Below, piece after piece: positions 52,602 to 62,436 of a stretch of 64,000 bases of DNA. Within the stretch, counting starts at the first letter, position 1, and every line of letters begins with the position of its first letter. Under the pieces are notes generated by a model. It was not told where the DNA came from. It did no database searches and worked only from the letters and a program-made list of their open reading frames with translations. The position numbers and the translations under genes were made by a program. The DNA is from Deltaproteobacteria bacterium. Its GTDB lineage: Bacteria > Desulfobacterota > Syntrophia > Syntrophales > JAFGHS01. The stretch spans positions 30,641 through 94,640 of the forward strand of contig JAFGHS010000042.1 in the NCBI GenBank assembly GCA_016930075.1, written 5' to 3'.

Positions 52602-53948
52602 TTATTGAACCGGCGCACCCTTTGTCCTTCCCATCCAGTTGAGATCATCCGCATCGGCGAAGTGTTCCCGAAAAATCCGGTAGTACATCAATTCCTCCTT
52701 CGTGTTGATCACCCAGCCGTTGGGCAGCGTCCGCTCCCGCAGGAAGTCGCCGTCCGTAACGGCGGATTCCGCATGCTGCGCCAGGAGATCGACAACGCCG
52801 GCCCCTTCCCAGAATTTGGCCTTGGTTCGCCGGAGGACCCGTTCGGGGAGTTCTCCCGCCATGGCTTCCCGCAGGATCCATTTCTCCACACCCCCTCGAA
52901 GTTTATACTCCGTCGGTATGCTGAGCGCATAGGCAAGGACGTCGGGATTCGTAAAGGGCGTATGGGCGAGGGTGCCGTGGGCAGACGCGCTGCGATCGAC
53001 CCGCTGCAGGGCCGTGTTGTGCAGCCGGCCGATAATATCGATCAGTTCATCGGCGATGACCGATGCATCCAGGCCCTTGAGATACTCATAACCGGCGAAC
53101 AATTCATCGCCGGCCTCGCCGGAGAAAACCTCGCCCGTGTAATCGGCGGCGAGTTTCGCCACCAGGTAATTTGTCGTGCTCGACCGGACAAGAAGGGCAT
53201 CGAACGATTCGAGGTGATAAATGACGGAGGGAAGGCAATCAAGCAACTTCGCTACGTCAACAATGACTTCACGGTGTTCCGAGCCGATGAAACGGGCGAC
53301 TTCCCGCGCGTATTCAAGATCCGGCGCTCCCGCAAACCCCGCGGCGAAGGTATAGAGCTTCCTGACGTTCTTTTTTGCCAGGGCAGCCAGAACGCTGGAA
53401 TCAAGACCTCCGGAAAGCCATGATCCGGCGACATCGTCGCGGGTGATGCATGCACCGACGGCCGACGAAAGAACGCCTTTGAGGTTGTTTGCGATGACAT
53501 CCGGCGGGTCTGCGACGGTTGGCAGCTTTTGCAGGGTGAAATACTTGACAAGACCGTCCTTTTCATACCGATGACCGGGCGGCAGTTCCAGAACATGGCG
53601 AACAAAAGGGATGAGGGCCTTGACTTCGGAGGCAAAACAGAGGGCCCCGGATGGGTCGAATCCGTAATAAAGCGGGGCCACGCCCAGGTCATCCCGCGTC
53701 AGGCTAAGGGATCCCTCGATTTCCTGCGCTGCCGCCAAACGCCCCGGTCCGCCGCTGTCGAAAGCGGCCTTTTCCTGTTGCAGCTTATGGGCGGCGTCTT
53801 TCTGGACTTCGGGCCAGACAGCGCCGAGGGTGGCATTCGCTGTCTCCGTGATCCCACGCCCCGTCCGTCCCCGATGGGCGATTTTATCCAGCATGGCGCC
53901 TACGGTCTTTTTTTCTCCTGTCTTTGCTATTCCTGCGATTCCCGACAT
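52602..53948 (-). CDS. Asparagine synthetase B-like ATP-dependent amide/lactam synthetase lacking Cys1
   Basis: Starts MSGIAG (canonical MCGIAG); RDDLGVAPLYY, FASEVKAL, PP-loop LSGGLDSS, SGEAGDELFAGY, EKWILREA, R.K..F. AGGAGG RBS. Confidence 0.88.
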   Translation of the reverse strand: MSGIAGIAKTGEKKTVGAMLDKIAHRGRTGRGITETANATLGAVWPEVQKDAAHKLQQEKAAFDSGGPGRLAAAQEIEGSLSLTRDDLGVAPLYYGFDPSGALCFASEVKALIPFVRHVLELPPGHRYEKDGLVKYFTLQKLPTVADPPDVIANNLKGVLSSAVGACITRDDVAGSWLSGGLDSSVLAALAKKNVRKLYTFAAGFAGAPDLEYAREVARFIGSEHREVIVDVAKLLDCLPSVIYHLESFDALLVRSSTTNYLVAKLAADYTGEVFSGEAGDELFAGYEYLKGLDASVIADELIDIIGRLHNTALQRVDRSASAHGTLAHTPFTNPDVLAYALSIPTEYKLRGGVEKWILREAMAGELPERVLRRTKAKFWEGAGVVDLLAQHAESAVTDGDFLRERTLPNGWVINTKEELMYYRIFREHFADADDLNWMGRTKGAPVQ

Positions 53949-53960
53949 CTTAACCTCCTT

Positions 53961-55601
53961 TTACCGTTGCATTAAAATTTTCTCCGTCCGCTCTTTTTCT
54001 CTGATCGGTTCCCCCGTTTTTTCATCGACGGCATACCACGCCCCGTCGATGAGGCGCGTGAGAATTTTCCCGCAGACGTGCGGGTTGCCGCGGAAATGGG
54101 GCGTGTCAAGCAGGCCATTTTCGATGGCGCCCGTTAATACCCGCGGATCGCTCCAGGGATCGGCGCTTACAGCCGCTCCGAATTGATTGATGGCTTCAAG
54201 CAGCGTCCGGGCTTCGGAAATCAATTCTTCCTTTCGTTCCCGGATGCGTTGATCCGCTTCCATGGCGGGCAGGCCGTAAAGACAATTGCTCAGAACGCCG
54301 TGGATGATCTCACAGCTCTCGATCAGTTCCTTCGGATTCACGGCATGATCGCCTTCGCTGAAACCGACGACGTGCAGAATATGCGGTTTTAAAGCCAGGC
54401 TGATAACAGCGGAAGCCGCCACTTGTCCCTTTGCCACAGACGGGATGGGCGAAAAATGGGCGATGCCCGCCCGGACTTCACGATAGACCGTGAAGGCATC
54501 ATCCTGAAGGGACTCGATGAGTTCATTTTTGGCCATCATCTTGGCGATATCCATATTCGGCCACGTTCCCGGCGGCGTATTGAACATGTATTGAGAGACA
54601 TAGCGGCGGACGCCGGCCTTCCTGGCGTTGTATGCCGCAAGAAAGGCCGTGGCCACGGCCAGGGAATCATGGGCGTCCCGGAGGCTCCACTGATGCGATT
54701 CGTTCACCTCCACAGGGATTCCCCGCTCGGCATACCAGCGAATGGCCGACAGCTTTTCTGCAATGGCCTCGACCAGCGGAACCTGGGACCGGCCGTCCAT
54801 GATGCTGTACCAGCAAAGCGGAATGGCGCCCCAGGCGTTATGGATGGCGGCGACGCTCATCTCCGCCCAGCGGATCAGGTCGCGCGTCCCGCTGTAGCAG
54901 CGCATTAACGGGTAATTGCCGCACCGGGAGTTTTCATAAAGGGCCTCCATGTCTTCAGGCCGGCGGAGCGGAACGCCGCCCGCGCCGTCCTGGGCATGGT
55001 CCATTTCCTCCGGGTGGAAAAAGTGCTCCTGGGCGTTCTGATCGGGTCCCAGGGAGATCACGTCGATGACGCCCGCTTCGGCGATGGTTTTCACGCCGGC
55101 GACGGTTTCACGGAGTGTCGGTTGGCCGAAATGATGCCGGATAATGGGGTAGGGGTACTTCTGCTCGATTCTGCCGGCGAGATCATGGGGAAAATATTCA
55201 TCAGCGGACTTGCCCGCGCCGCCGCGCAGGAAAGCCTTAATCTCGTCAAGCGTTTCCTGACCGCCGAAAACCTTTGCAAACAGGCCGGCGTTCCGGGCCG
55301 CTTCGGCCACCGGCGGCGTGCCGCCGAAGATCATTTCAATGCCCGACAGCCCGGCTGCGGGGAGGGCGGCTTTTAATTCATCGAACAGACGGGCGGCGAC
55401 CTCCGGCGTCAGTCGGTAGCTCAAAGCGATCATATCGGGCTGATGCTTGCGGATCTCATCCACAAGGCGTTCGATGGAGACGGCCGGTCCGAGAGAGAAA
55501 GTTTCAAAGCCTTCCGCTTCGGCAAGTTTGAGAAAATGATGCAGACCGGCCACATGGACGCAGGTGCCGACGGCGGCGCCGAGGATTTTCTTTTTTTTCA
55601 T
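53961..55601 (-). CDS. Cobalamin-binding protein, fused glutamate-mutase S/E-like (B12 domain + TIM barrel)
   Basis: N-terminal B12 Rossmann domain (CVHVAG, ALSY, FGG); C-terminal segments resemble GlmE by eye. Start overlaps the upstream stop (TAATG). Confidence 0.78.
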   Translation of the reverse strand: MKKKKILGAAVGTCVHVAGLHHFLKLAEAEGFETFSLGPAVSIERLVDEIRKHQPDMIALSYRLTPEVAARLFDELKAALPAAGLSGIEMIFGGTPPVAEAARNAGLFAKVFGGQETLDEIKAFLRGGAGKSADEYFPHDLAGRIEQKYPYPIIRHHFGQPTLRETVAGVKTIAEAGVIDVISLGPDQNAQEHFFHPEEMDHAQDGAGGVPLRRPEDMEALYENSRCGNYPLMRCYSGTRDLIRWAEMSVAAIHNAWGAIPLCWYSIMDGRSQVPLVEAIAEKLSAIRWYAERGIPVEVNESHQWSLRDAHDSLAVATAFLAAYNARKAGVRRYVSQYMFNTPPGTWPNMDIAKMMAKNELIESLQDDAFTVYREVRAGIAHFSPIPSVAKGQVAASAVISLALKPHILHVVGFSEGDHAVNPKELIESCEIIHGVLSNCLYGLPAMEADQRIRERKEELISEARTLLEAINQFGAAVSADPWSDPRVLTGAIENGLLDTPHFRGNPHVCGKILTRLIDGAWYAVDEKTGEPIREKERTEKILMQR

Positions 55602-56767
55602 TATTTTCCTTCTCCTTTCAGAAAAGACCACGCCGTATCCTGCACCTGATTATCGCCGGCCGATGTTTCTCCGATGGCGAACAGCCGCAGTTCCCTCAGG
55701 CTCATGTTTTGAATGCCGAGTCTTTCCACGGTTCTGCCTTCCGCCCAGTAGTCGCACTGATTGATGGCGGAAGCGATGGTGATGATGGAATCCATAACGG
55801 GCGTTTTCACGCCGAGCATTTTACCGAGAGAGGCGATGGGCACCAGACTGGCCGGGACGTCTTCCCTGATATACCGCATCTGCAGATTCGTCGGCGCCAT
55901 GATGCCGCGATAGCCCGGAGTGACCCGAATGGCGTTATAGAGATCGGATCCGGCGGAGTCGTAAGCAATATATAACCACTGCCTGGCGCTCATGGCCCGG
56001 ATGCCCAGCGTCTCGGCAACTTTGATCCGCTCTGCATCGACGAGTTCCAGAACGCGTGAGACGGATGGACTGGCCCCGTGTAGATAGAACTGGAACTCCG
56101 TTTCGCTTTCGATCCATCCGGCATTAAGAACGCACAGCGTCGGATGGAATATGGCCCCGATATTGTCGAAACTCGTTTTGAAGACATTATCGCCGGGCAC
56201 GAACTGGGGATAGGCCATGCGCAGACGGGACAGGACCTTGGGAATAAGGTGCGCCCGGATGGAAGCCACGGGGATCGAATTTTTTATGCCGAATATCCTT
56301 GCCTGACCGGGATCAATGACCCGTGACGCATAAAGAAAGGTTTGGGCCTCGGCGATGATGACGTCTGCAGTGCATCCTTTTTCGATGAGCACCTGACGAA
56401 ACTCGATGGCGCCGAATGTCCTGCCGGGATGCAATATCACAATCTGATTATCCTTGAGATAGGGCGCGCATTGTTCGGCAATATACCGATGGCCGGTGGC
56501 CGGAACAACCACCATGATTAAATCGGCATCATGTATGGCTTTCTCGATGTCGATGGTGACGATGGGTATTTTACCGAATCCCTCAACCTCCCCCACAATA
56601 TCAATGCCGCCGCGGGCCGCCACGCCCCAAAGCCTCTCTTCGCCCCGATTGTAAAGGGAAACTTCAAATCCCATGATTGCAAGATGACCGGCCATAGCAA
56701 GACCGCCGTGTCCGGCGCCGAGTACGGCAAATTTGGGTTTTTTTTCTTCGTTGTTTTTGTGTTTCAT
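55601..56767 (-). CDS. NAD(P)-dependent opine (octopine/nopaline) dehydrogenase family protein
   Basis: VLGAGHGG Rossmann motif, HPGRTFG, N.GAIFHP, D.ER, RYIREDVP. AGGAGG RBS before ATG 56767. Confidence 0.9.
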   Translation of the reverse strand: MKHKNNEEKKPKFAVLGAGHGGLAMAGHLAIMGFEVSLYNRGEERLWGVAARGGIDIVGEVEGFGKIPIVTIDIEKAIHDADLIMVVVPATGHRYIAEQCAPYLKDNQIVILHPGRTFGAIEFRQVLIEKGCTADVIIAEAQTFLYASRVIDPGQARIFGIKNSIPVASIRAHLIPKVLSRLRMAYPQFVPGDNVFKTSFDNIGAIFHPTLCVLNAGWIESETEFQFYLHGASPSVSRVLELVDAERIKVAETLGIRAMSARQWLYIAYDSAGSDLYNAIRVTPGYRGIMAPTNLQMRYIREDVPASLVPIASLGKMLGVKTPVMDSIITIASAINQCDYWAEGRTVERLGIQNMSLRELRLFAIGETSAGDNQVQDTAWSFLKGEGK

Positions 56768-56918
56768 CGTTCCCTCCTTTGTCGTTTTGTCCATGCCTTA
56801 CGGCACCCCGAAGGGTCATGGTGATGGTATAAGCGTTTTTATCAATTGGATTACGCTTAAACGGTCTGCCATGATGGATAAAAAATTGATGATTATTGAT
56901 TCAACGTTTTTTCTTTTT

Positions 56919-59159
56919 TTATAAATCTCGGCCGATGCGCGCAGCCAGGCGCTCCCGCTGTCTGATGCGGGCCGCATCGAGAAGCATTCTGCCCGCCCAG
57001 CGATAGACGTTGAAATCCCGCACCAGAGTGCGCATGCTGCGCATCCGTGCCCGCTGCTCGAAATCAGGCATGGCGAGGGCGTTATAAAGGGCCTCTGCCG
57101 TCTGCTCGATGTGGTAAGGATTTACAACGAGCGATTCGTGCAGCTCATGCGCCGCGCCGGTAAACTGGCTCAGGATCAGAACGCCCTGCTCGTCGTCGCG
57201 GGCGGCGACGAACTCCTTGGCCACCAGGTTCATGCCGTCATGGAGGCTGGTCACCATGCAGACATCCGCCGCCCGGTAATACCGGTTCACCTCCTCCGGT
57301 TCGTGATGCTCGGCTTTAAGGCAGATGGGCTGCCATGACCCCGTCGAGAAGCGCTCATTGATGCGGTCGGCCAGATTGCGCACCTGGGATTCAAACAACT
57401 GGTAGTCCTCGAGGGCCGAACGGGTCGGCGCGGCGATCTGGATGAACGTAAAGCGGCCTCTCATTTCCGGATGATTTTCCAGCATGTTTTCCACGGCCCG
57501 GAAGCGTTCGAGGATGCCTTTGGTGTAGTCCTGGCGATCGACGCCGAGACCGATGAGATGATCGGCGGCAAGTCCCAGCGACCGGCGTATGGCCTCCCGG
57601 CATTCGGATACGGGCGGTTGCGTCTCCTGCCAGGGCGGCGGCCACTGGATCGAGATGGGATAACTTTCTACAAGGGTCAGTTGACCGTGCCGGGATATGG
57701 TGGAGGATTCGTGTTCGATCCGGGTTTCCAGGTAGCGGTCCACGGTTTCCAGAAAATTCTTGCAGTGGAACGGCGTGTGGAATCCGAGGATGGTGCTGCC
57801 GAGCATTCCCTTGAGCAGCTCCTCCCGCCAGGGGCAGATGCCGAATGATTCCGGGTTTGGCCAGGGGATATGCCAGAATGTGATGATCGTGGCCTTGGGA
57901 AGAACCTTGCGGATCATTTGCGGCAGGAGGGCAAAATGGTAGTCATGTACAAGCACTACGGGATCGTCGCTTGCCGCCTCCGCCGCGACTGCGTCGGCAA
58001 ACCGCTGGTTGACGGCGATGTATTGCCCCCAGTCGCTGGAGCGGAAAATGGGGCGCACATGGGCGATATGGCACAGGGGCCAGAGGCCCTCGTTGGCGAA
58101 CCCATAATAATATCCTGTCTCTTCCTCATCGGTCAGCCAGATGCGCCGGAGCACGTATTCAGGATTTTCCGGGGGGACATGGGCGCGGTCGTTCCGATCC
58201 ACTGTCTCGCGATCGGCCGTACCGCCGCCGTGGGCGATCCATGTGCCGGAGCATGCCCGCATAACCGGTTCCACGGCCGTGACCAGGCCGCTGGCGGGGC
58301 GGTGAACCTCGATCCGGTCCGGCATTTTGATATGAATATATGGTTCCCGATTTGATACAACAATGATTCGTTCACCTGCAAGCTGGTCGTGAAGCAGTTT
58401 CCGGAGAAAATCTGGGCTCCAGGTCACGGTGACGTCATCCGCCAAGCGGCGTTCCGCATCGTAGGAACGCAGGAGTTGCCGTAAATCCCCGGCCAGGGGC
58501 TGCAACTCCGAGGCGACTGCGGGTTGTGCAAAAGGTTTGACGATGCCTTCGCCCCGGATCATGGCCCGAACGCCATCCATCCATCCGCGCCAGCTCAACT
58601 GGGCGACAAAGACCGTAATGACGGAAATGATGACGCCCAAGAGGGTGATAAACATGATGACGTATTTACGGGTGTCCGTGCTGCGGCGTTCAACAAAACT
58701 CATGTCGTGAATGACGATAAGCGAACCGATTTGAGCCCCTTCCTGTTCGATGGGGTTTATGGAGACATGGACGGCCCCCTGGGGGAGGCGGTGAAGGGGG
58801 CTGATCTTCTTGCCCGGCGCCGTATCCGGCAGACAGCCGATGGATTCGGGGTATGCCCGCGTCCGGTAACGCAATTTGCCCTCCGTCGTACAGACGCCGA
58901 CTGCCAGCAGACGTTCATCCCGGGTAGCCCTGACCAGAAGGGCATTGATCTTGGAGCGGTTTTCCTGCTGCAGAAGCTCTACCAGGGGGTCGTGAAGCGT
59001 ATTGGCGACGAACTGGGCGCGGATATCCATATCCCGGACGAACCACCGCAGCATCAAATTGTCCACCAGCGGCACGAGGGCATAGGCCAGGACGGTCAAC
59101 GCAATGACGAGAGGAATGACAAAACGCAGGGACAATCGAAGGGATCTGATGGATAACAT
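56919..59159 (-). CDS. otsA: Trehalose-6-phosphate synthase with N-terminal two-TM/periplasmic extension
   Basis: [51 protein letters not shown]; ~240-aa N-terminal extension. AAGGAGG RBS at ATG 59159. Confidence 0.92.
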   Translation of the reverse strand: MLSIRSLRLSLRFVIPLVIALTVLAYALVPLVDNLMLRWFVRDMDIRAQFVANTLHDPLVELLQQENRSKINALLVRATRDERLLAVGVCTTEGKLRYRTRAYPESIGCLPDTAPGKKISPLHRLPQGAVHVSINPIEQEGAQIGSLIVIHDMSFVERRSTDTRKYVIMFITLLGVIISVITVFVAQLSWRGWMDGVRAMIRGEGIVKPFAQPAVASELQPLAGDLRQLLRSYDAERRLADDVTVTWSPDFLRKLLHDQLAGERIIVVSNREPYIHIKMPDRIEVHRPASGLVTAVEPVMRACSGTWIAHGGGTADRETVDRNDRAHVPPENPEYVLRRIWLTDEEETGYYYGFANEGLWPLCHIAHVRPIFRSSDWGQYIAVNQRFADAVAAEAASDDPVVLVHDYHFALLPQMIRKVLPKATIITFWHIPWPNPESFGICPWREELLKGMLGSTILGFHTPFHCKNFLETVDRYLETRIEHESSTISRHGQLTLVESYPISIQWPPPWQETQPPVSECREAIRRSLGLAADHLIGLGVDRQDYTKGILERFRAVENMLENHPEMRGRFTFIQIAAPTRSALEDYQLFESQVRNLADRINERFSTGSWQPICLKAEHHEPEEVNRYYRAADVCMVTSLHDGMNLVAKEFVAARDDEQGVLILSQFTGAAHELHESLVVNPYHIEQTAEALYNALAMPDFEQRARMRSMRTLVRDFNVYRWAGRMLLDAARIRQRERLAARIGRDL

Positions 59160-59173
59160 GGTCTGACGCCTCC

Positions 59174-60964
59174 TTAAAATGCCGTGTCCCAGCGCTTGCT
59201 GAGACGGATGGCGGCATTGATCATGCCGACCATGCTGTAAGTCTGGACGAAGTTGCCCCACTGCTGCCCCGTTCCGACGTCGATATGCTCGGCCATGAGT
59301 CCGTGGCGGTTGCGGCGCGTCAGCATGTCTTCAAACAGGAGCCGGGCTTCATCGTTGCGGCCCAGCGCCGTCAGGGCATAGATATACCAGTAGGTGCAGA
59401 CAATGAAGGCGTTTTGGGGAATGCCGAAATCGTCTTTCTCAACATACCGGAAAATATACTGTCCCTGCTTGAGTTCCCGTTCCACGGCCGCGACGGTCAA
59501 TGCAAAACGGGGATCCTCCGCGGCAAGAAAACCCACATCATGCATGAGAAGCAGACTGGCATCCAGCGCCTCTCCTTCAAATGCGGCGGTGAAGGTTTTT
59601 TTCCTGTCGTTCCAGGCGCGGGCGCAAATGACGGTGTGGATGTGCTCTGCCTGAATCTGCCAGTAAGCCGCGCGATCGGCAAGGCCAAGATGAACAGCAA
59701 TCCTCGAAAGGCGATTGCAGGCCGCCCAGCACATGATGGCGGAAAAGGTGTGAATCCGTTTTGTATCCCGCAGCTCCCACAGCCCCGCATCCGGCTCATC
59801 GTGAACCCGGATGGCCGCTTCTCCCAGCGGCTCCAGGCGGTGGAAAAGGGCGGCATTGCCCTGCTGGACCAGCCGCTGGTCAAAGAAAAAGTGGGTGACG
59901 GCGAGGATTGCCGATCCGTAGACGTCGTGCTGGACCTGTTTGTAGGCCTGATTGCCTACCCGAACGGGGCCCATTTGCCGGTATCCCGCCAATGTGGCCA
60001 CCTCGCGCTCCTCCAGATGTCCCCGTCCGTCAATGCCGTAAACGGGCTGGATGCGGCCCTCCGGGGCGCCGGCAACCACATTCACCAGATAGCGGAGGTA
60101 ACGCTCCATGGTGTGGGTCGTCCCGAGACGGTTTAAGGCATTAACCACAAAATACGCGTCGCGAAGCCAGCAGTATCGATAATCCCAGTTCCGCCCGGAA
60201 TCCGGCGCCTCGGGAATTGACGTGGTCATGGCGCCGACAATGGCGCCCGTGTCGTCGAAGGTGTTGAGTTTCAGGGTAATGGCGGCGCGAATGACTTCAT
60301 CCTGCCATTCGAAGGGGATTCCCAGATCGCGGACCCAGTCGCGCCAATATGCCAGGGTTTCATGAAGGAAACGCCGCGCGAGGGGGCGGATGGCTTCCTG
60401 AATTGTTTCGTCGTGCCCCAAAATGAGGGTAATCCGGTCTTCCAGGAAAAAGGGAAGCTCCTGAAGGATGGGGGTAACGGACCCATCGGTGGTCAGGCGC
60501 AGGACCCTACCGGGTGAAACATAGCGAATGTGGTGGCTGCCGTGCGTGAGTTCGCATGCATCCCGGCCATAGTCGCTGGCCGGACGGATGCGCACCCGGA
60601 TGCGGGGCGTTCCCTGAAGACGTTGAATCTGCCGGATCAGCATCATGGGCGTAAACATCCTGCCGAACTGGCGGAAACGGGGGGCGAAGTCGGTGATCTC
60701 AACCGTGCCGCCATGGGCGTCGGTGAGGCGTGTGACCAGAACGGCGGAATTGGCCAGATAGTTTTGCTCCGTTTTGACCTGATCGGCGAGTTCGACGACG
60801 CAATACCCTGTTCCCTCACCGCTTTCGTGTTCCTGCAACAGCGAGCAGAAGACCGGATCGCCGTCAAACCGCGGCAGGCAGTACCAGACGATCTCGCCTG
60901 CCGCGTCGATCAGGGCGGCAACCTGGCTGTTGCCGATTAATCCGAGGTCCAGAGAACTTTTCAT
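59174..60964 (-). CDS. Glycoside hydrolase family 15 (trehalase/glucoamylase-like)
   Basis: WYCLPRFD, TTSIPE, RNWDYRYCWLRD, PVRVGN.A, Q.DVYG, GLWE, WGNF.Q. Confidence 0.93.
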   Translation of the reverse strand: MKSSLDLGLIGNSQVAALIDAAGEIVWYCLPRFDGDPVFCSLLQEHESGEGTGYCVVELADQVKTEQNYLANSAVLVTRLTDAHGGTVEITDFAPRFRQFGRMFTPMMLIRQIQRLQGTPRIRVRIRPASDYGRDACELTHGSHHIRYVSPGRVLRLTTDGSVTPILQELPFFLEDRITLILGHDETIQEAIRPLARRFLHETLAYWRDWVRDLGIPFEWQDEVIRAAITLKLNTFDDTGAIVGAMTTSIPEAPDSGRNWDYRYCWLRDAYFVVNALNRLGTTHTMERYLRYLVNVVAGAPEGRIQPVYGIDGRGHLEEREVATLAGYRQMGPVRVGNQAYKQVQHDVYGSAILAVTHFFFDQRLVQQGNAALFHRLEPLGEAAIRVHDEPDAGLWELRDTKRIHTFSAIMCWAACNRLSRIAVHLGLADRAAYWQIQAEHIHTVICARAWNDRKKTFTAAFEGEALDASLLLMHDVGFLAAEDPRFALTVAAVERELKQGQYIFRYVEKDDFGIPQNAFIVCTYWYIYALTALGRNDEARLLFEDMLTRRNRHGLMAEHIDVGTGQQWGNFVQTYSMVGMINAAIRLSKRWDTAF

Positions 60965-61257
60965 GCCGTTTATTCTCCCATCATCATTTACGACGGCGCA
61001 CGGGCCGGGAACGGAAAGGGCGTTTCGCTTGAAAACCAGACGGTTATTGTGATGAAGTTATTTTTAGCGGACGATCAGCCCTGTGACTTACGTCACCCGT
61101 TTTAAGGAAGACGATTGCTAATTCTTATATTGATAAAATGGTTATTGTGATGTTGCTTCCGGCGGACAGTATGGTAAATTTTTGCCATGAAATCAAGAGA
61201 TAAATCGCTTTTGCGGGCCTATTTGCCGCAAAGATTTTTGTATCATATTGGAATAAA

Positions 61258-62424
61258 TCAGATTTCTCCCGCCTTGTAGAGTGCGTATTTTGTCAACAAA
61301 AGACCGAAAACCTGGTAGGCGACAGTCGTTGCAATAATCGTGTTCAGTATCATGGGGCCGATGTCGGGAAAGGACGTTTTCGCGATGAGGGCGCATCCCA
61401 GAGCCACGCCGGCCTGAGGCGCCAGACCCAGGCCAAGATATGTTTTGATCATCCTGCCGGCGCCGGCAATCCGGCCGCCGATGAAAACCCCGGCCATCTT
61501 GCCCAAAACCCTGAAAATAAGATATAAAATACCGATTATGCCGATTTTCCCTAAAGAAGCGACGTCGAGATTTGCCCCCGCCAGAACAAAGAAGATCAGG
61601 AACAGCAGCCCGTCAATTTTCTGCAGGGATTCAAAATAATGTTCCGTCGGCGTTTTCAGATTCGTCAGGGTTGCCCCGAAGGCCATGCAGGCCAGGATGC
61701 CCGATAAATTAAAATGGATGGAAACGCCCACGGCCAGGAAAATAAACCCCACCGTTAGAATCAGGATTTCTTCCAGATCATTCAGGAGGGAAGCGATCCG
61801 GATGATGACAACGCCCAAAAATGCGCCGAGGACAAAGGACCCGATGATGTGGATCAGAGTAATGCCCAAGACCTTCGGCAGCAGCATCACGTCGGCCGTA
61901 TGCAGATGCAGCGATTTGGAAACGGCCACGGACATTGAAAACACGATGAAACACCAGGCCGTGTTGACGGCGACCACCCCCAGGAGGGCATTGGTCAGAG
62001 GCCCCTTGGCCTTGTATTCCCTGACAATCATGAGGACGGCATCGGGGGCTGCGGCGATGGCAATGGCGCCGTAAATGACGGCAACGCTCATGGGCTGTCC
62101 GAACAACAGAAACAGCGCCGTGATGACCAGAAAAGAGCCGGCCGATTCGAAGACGGAAATCCACATCACCTGCCTGCCCAGAATGCGAAAGTTTTCGCGA
62201 TTCAGATTTCTGCCGATGGTGAAGGCCACGATGCCGAGGACAACGTTGGATACGGGCCCGGATGCGTTTAAGACGGTTTCGGGTATGATATAAAAAATGC
62301 TTTTTCCCAGAAGGATGCCGAGGATCAAATATGCCGTTGCGGCGGGCAGTTTGAGCAGTCTTAAAAGTTTAGCCGACAGGAGTCCGGCAAGCAGGATAAG
62401 GCCGATGACGAGAAGATCGTTCAT
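61258..62424 (-). CDS. Cation:proton antiporter (Na+/H+ exchanger family)
   Basis: Many TM helices, AAPDAV, FFVLAGA, R..GK, PQAGVALG. Confidence 0.9.
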   Translation of the reverse strand: MNDLLVIGLILLAGLLSAKLLRLLKLPAATAYLILGILLGKSIFYIIPETVLNASGPVSNVVLGIVAFTIGRNLNRENFRILGRQVMWISVFESAGSFLVITALFLLFGQPMSVAVIYGAIAIAAAPDAVLMIVREYKAKGPLTNALLGVVAVNTAWCFIVFSMSVAVSKSLHLHTADVMLLPKVLGITLIHIIGSFVLGAFLGVVIIRIASLLNDLEEILILTVGFIFLAVGVSIHFNLSGILACMAFGATLTNLKTPTEHYFESLQKIDGLLFLIFFVLAGANLDVASLGKIGIIGILYLIFRVLGKMAGVFIGGRIAGAGRMIKTYLGLGLAPQAGVALGCALIAKTSFPDIGPMILNTIIATTVAYQVFGLLLTKYALYKAGEI

Positions 62425-62436
62425 GATGGCGTCCGT

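Noticed and set aside
53961-55601. Methionine synthase or B12 radical-SAM methyltransferase
   Set aside because: No CxxxCxxC motif and no recognisable homocysteine- or pterin-binding domain; the barrel resembles glutamate mutase instead.
55601-56767. Opine metallophore (staphylopine/pseudopaline) pathway
   Set aside because: No nicotianamine-synthase-like gene or metal ABC/TonB importer nearby, and only a weak Fur-like match upstream.
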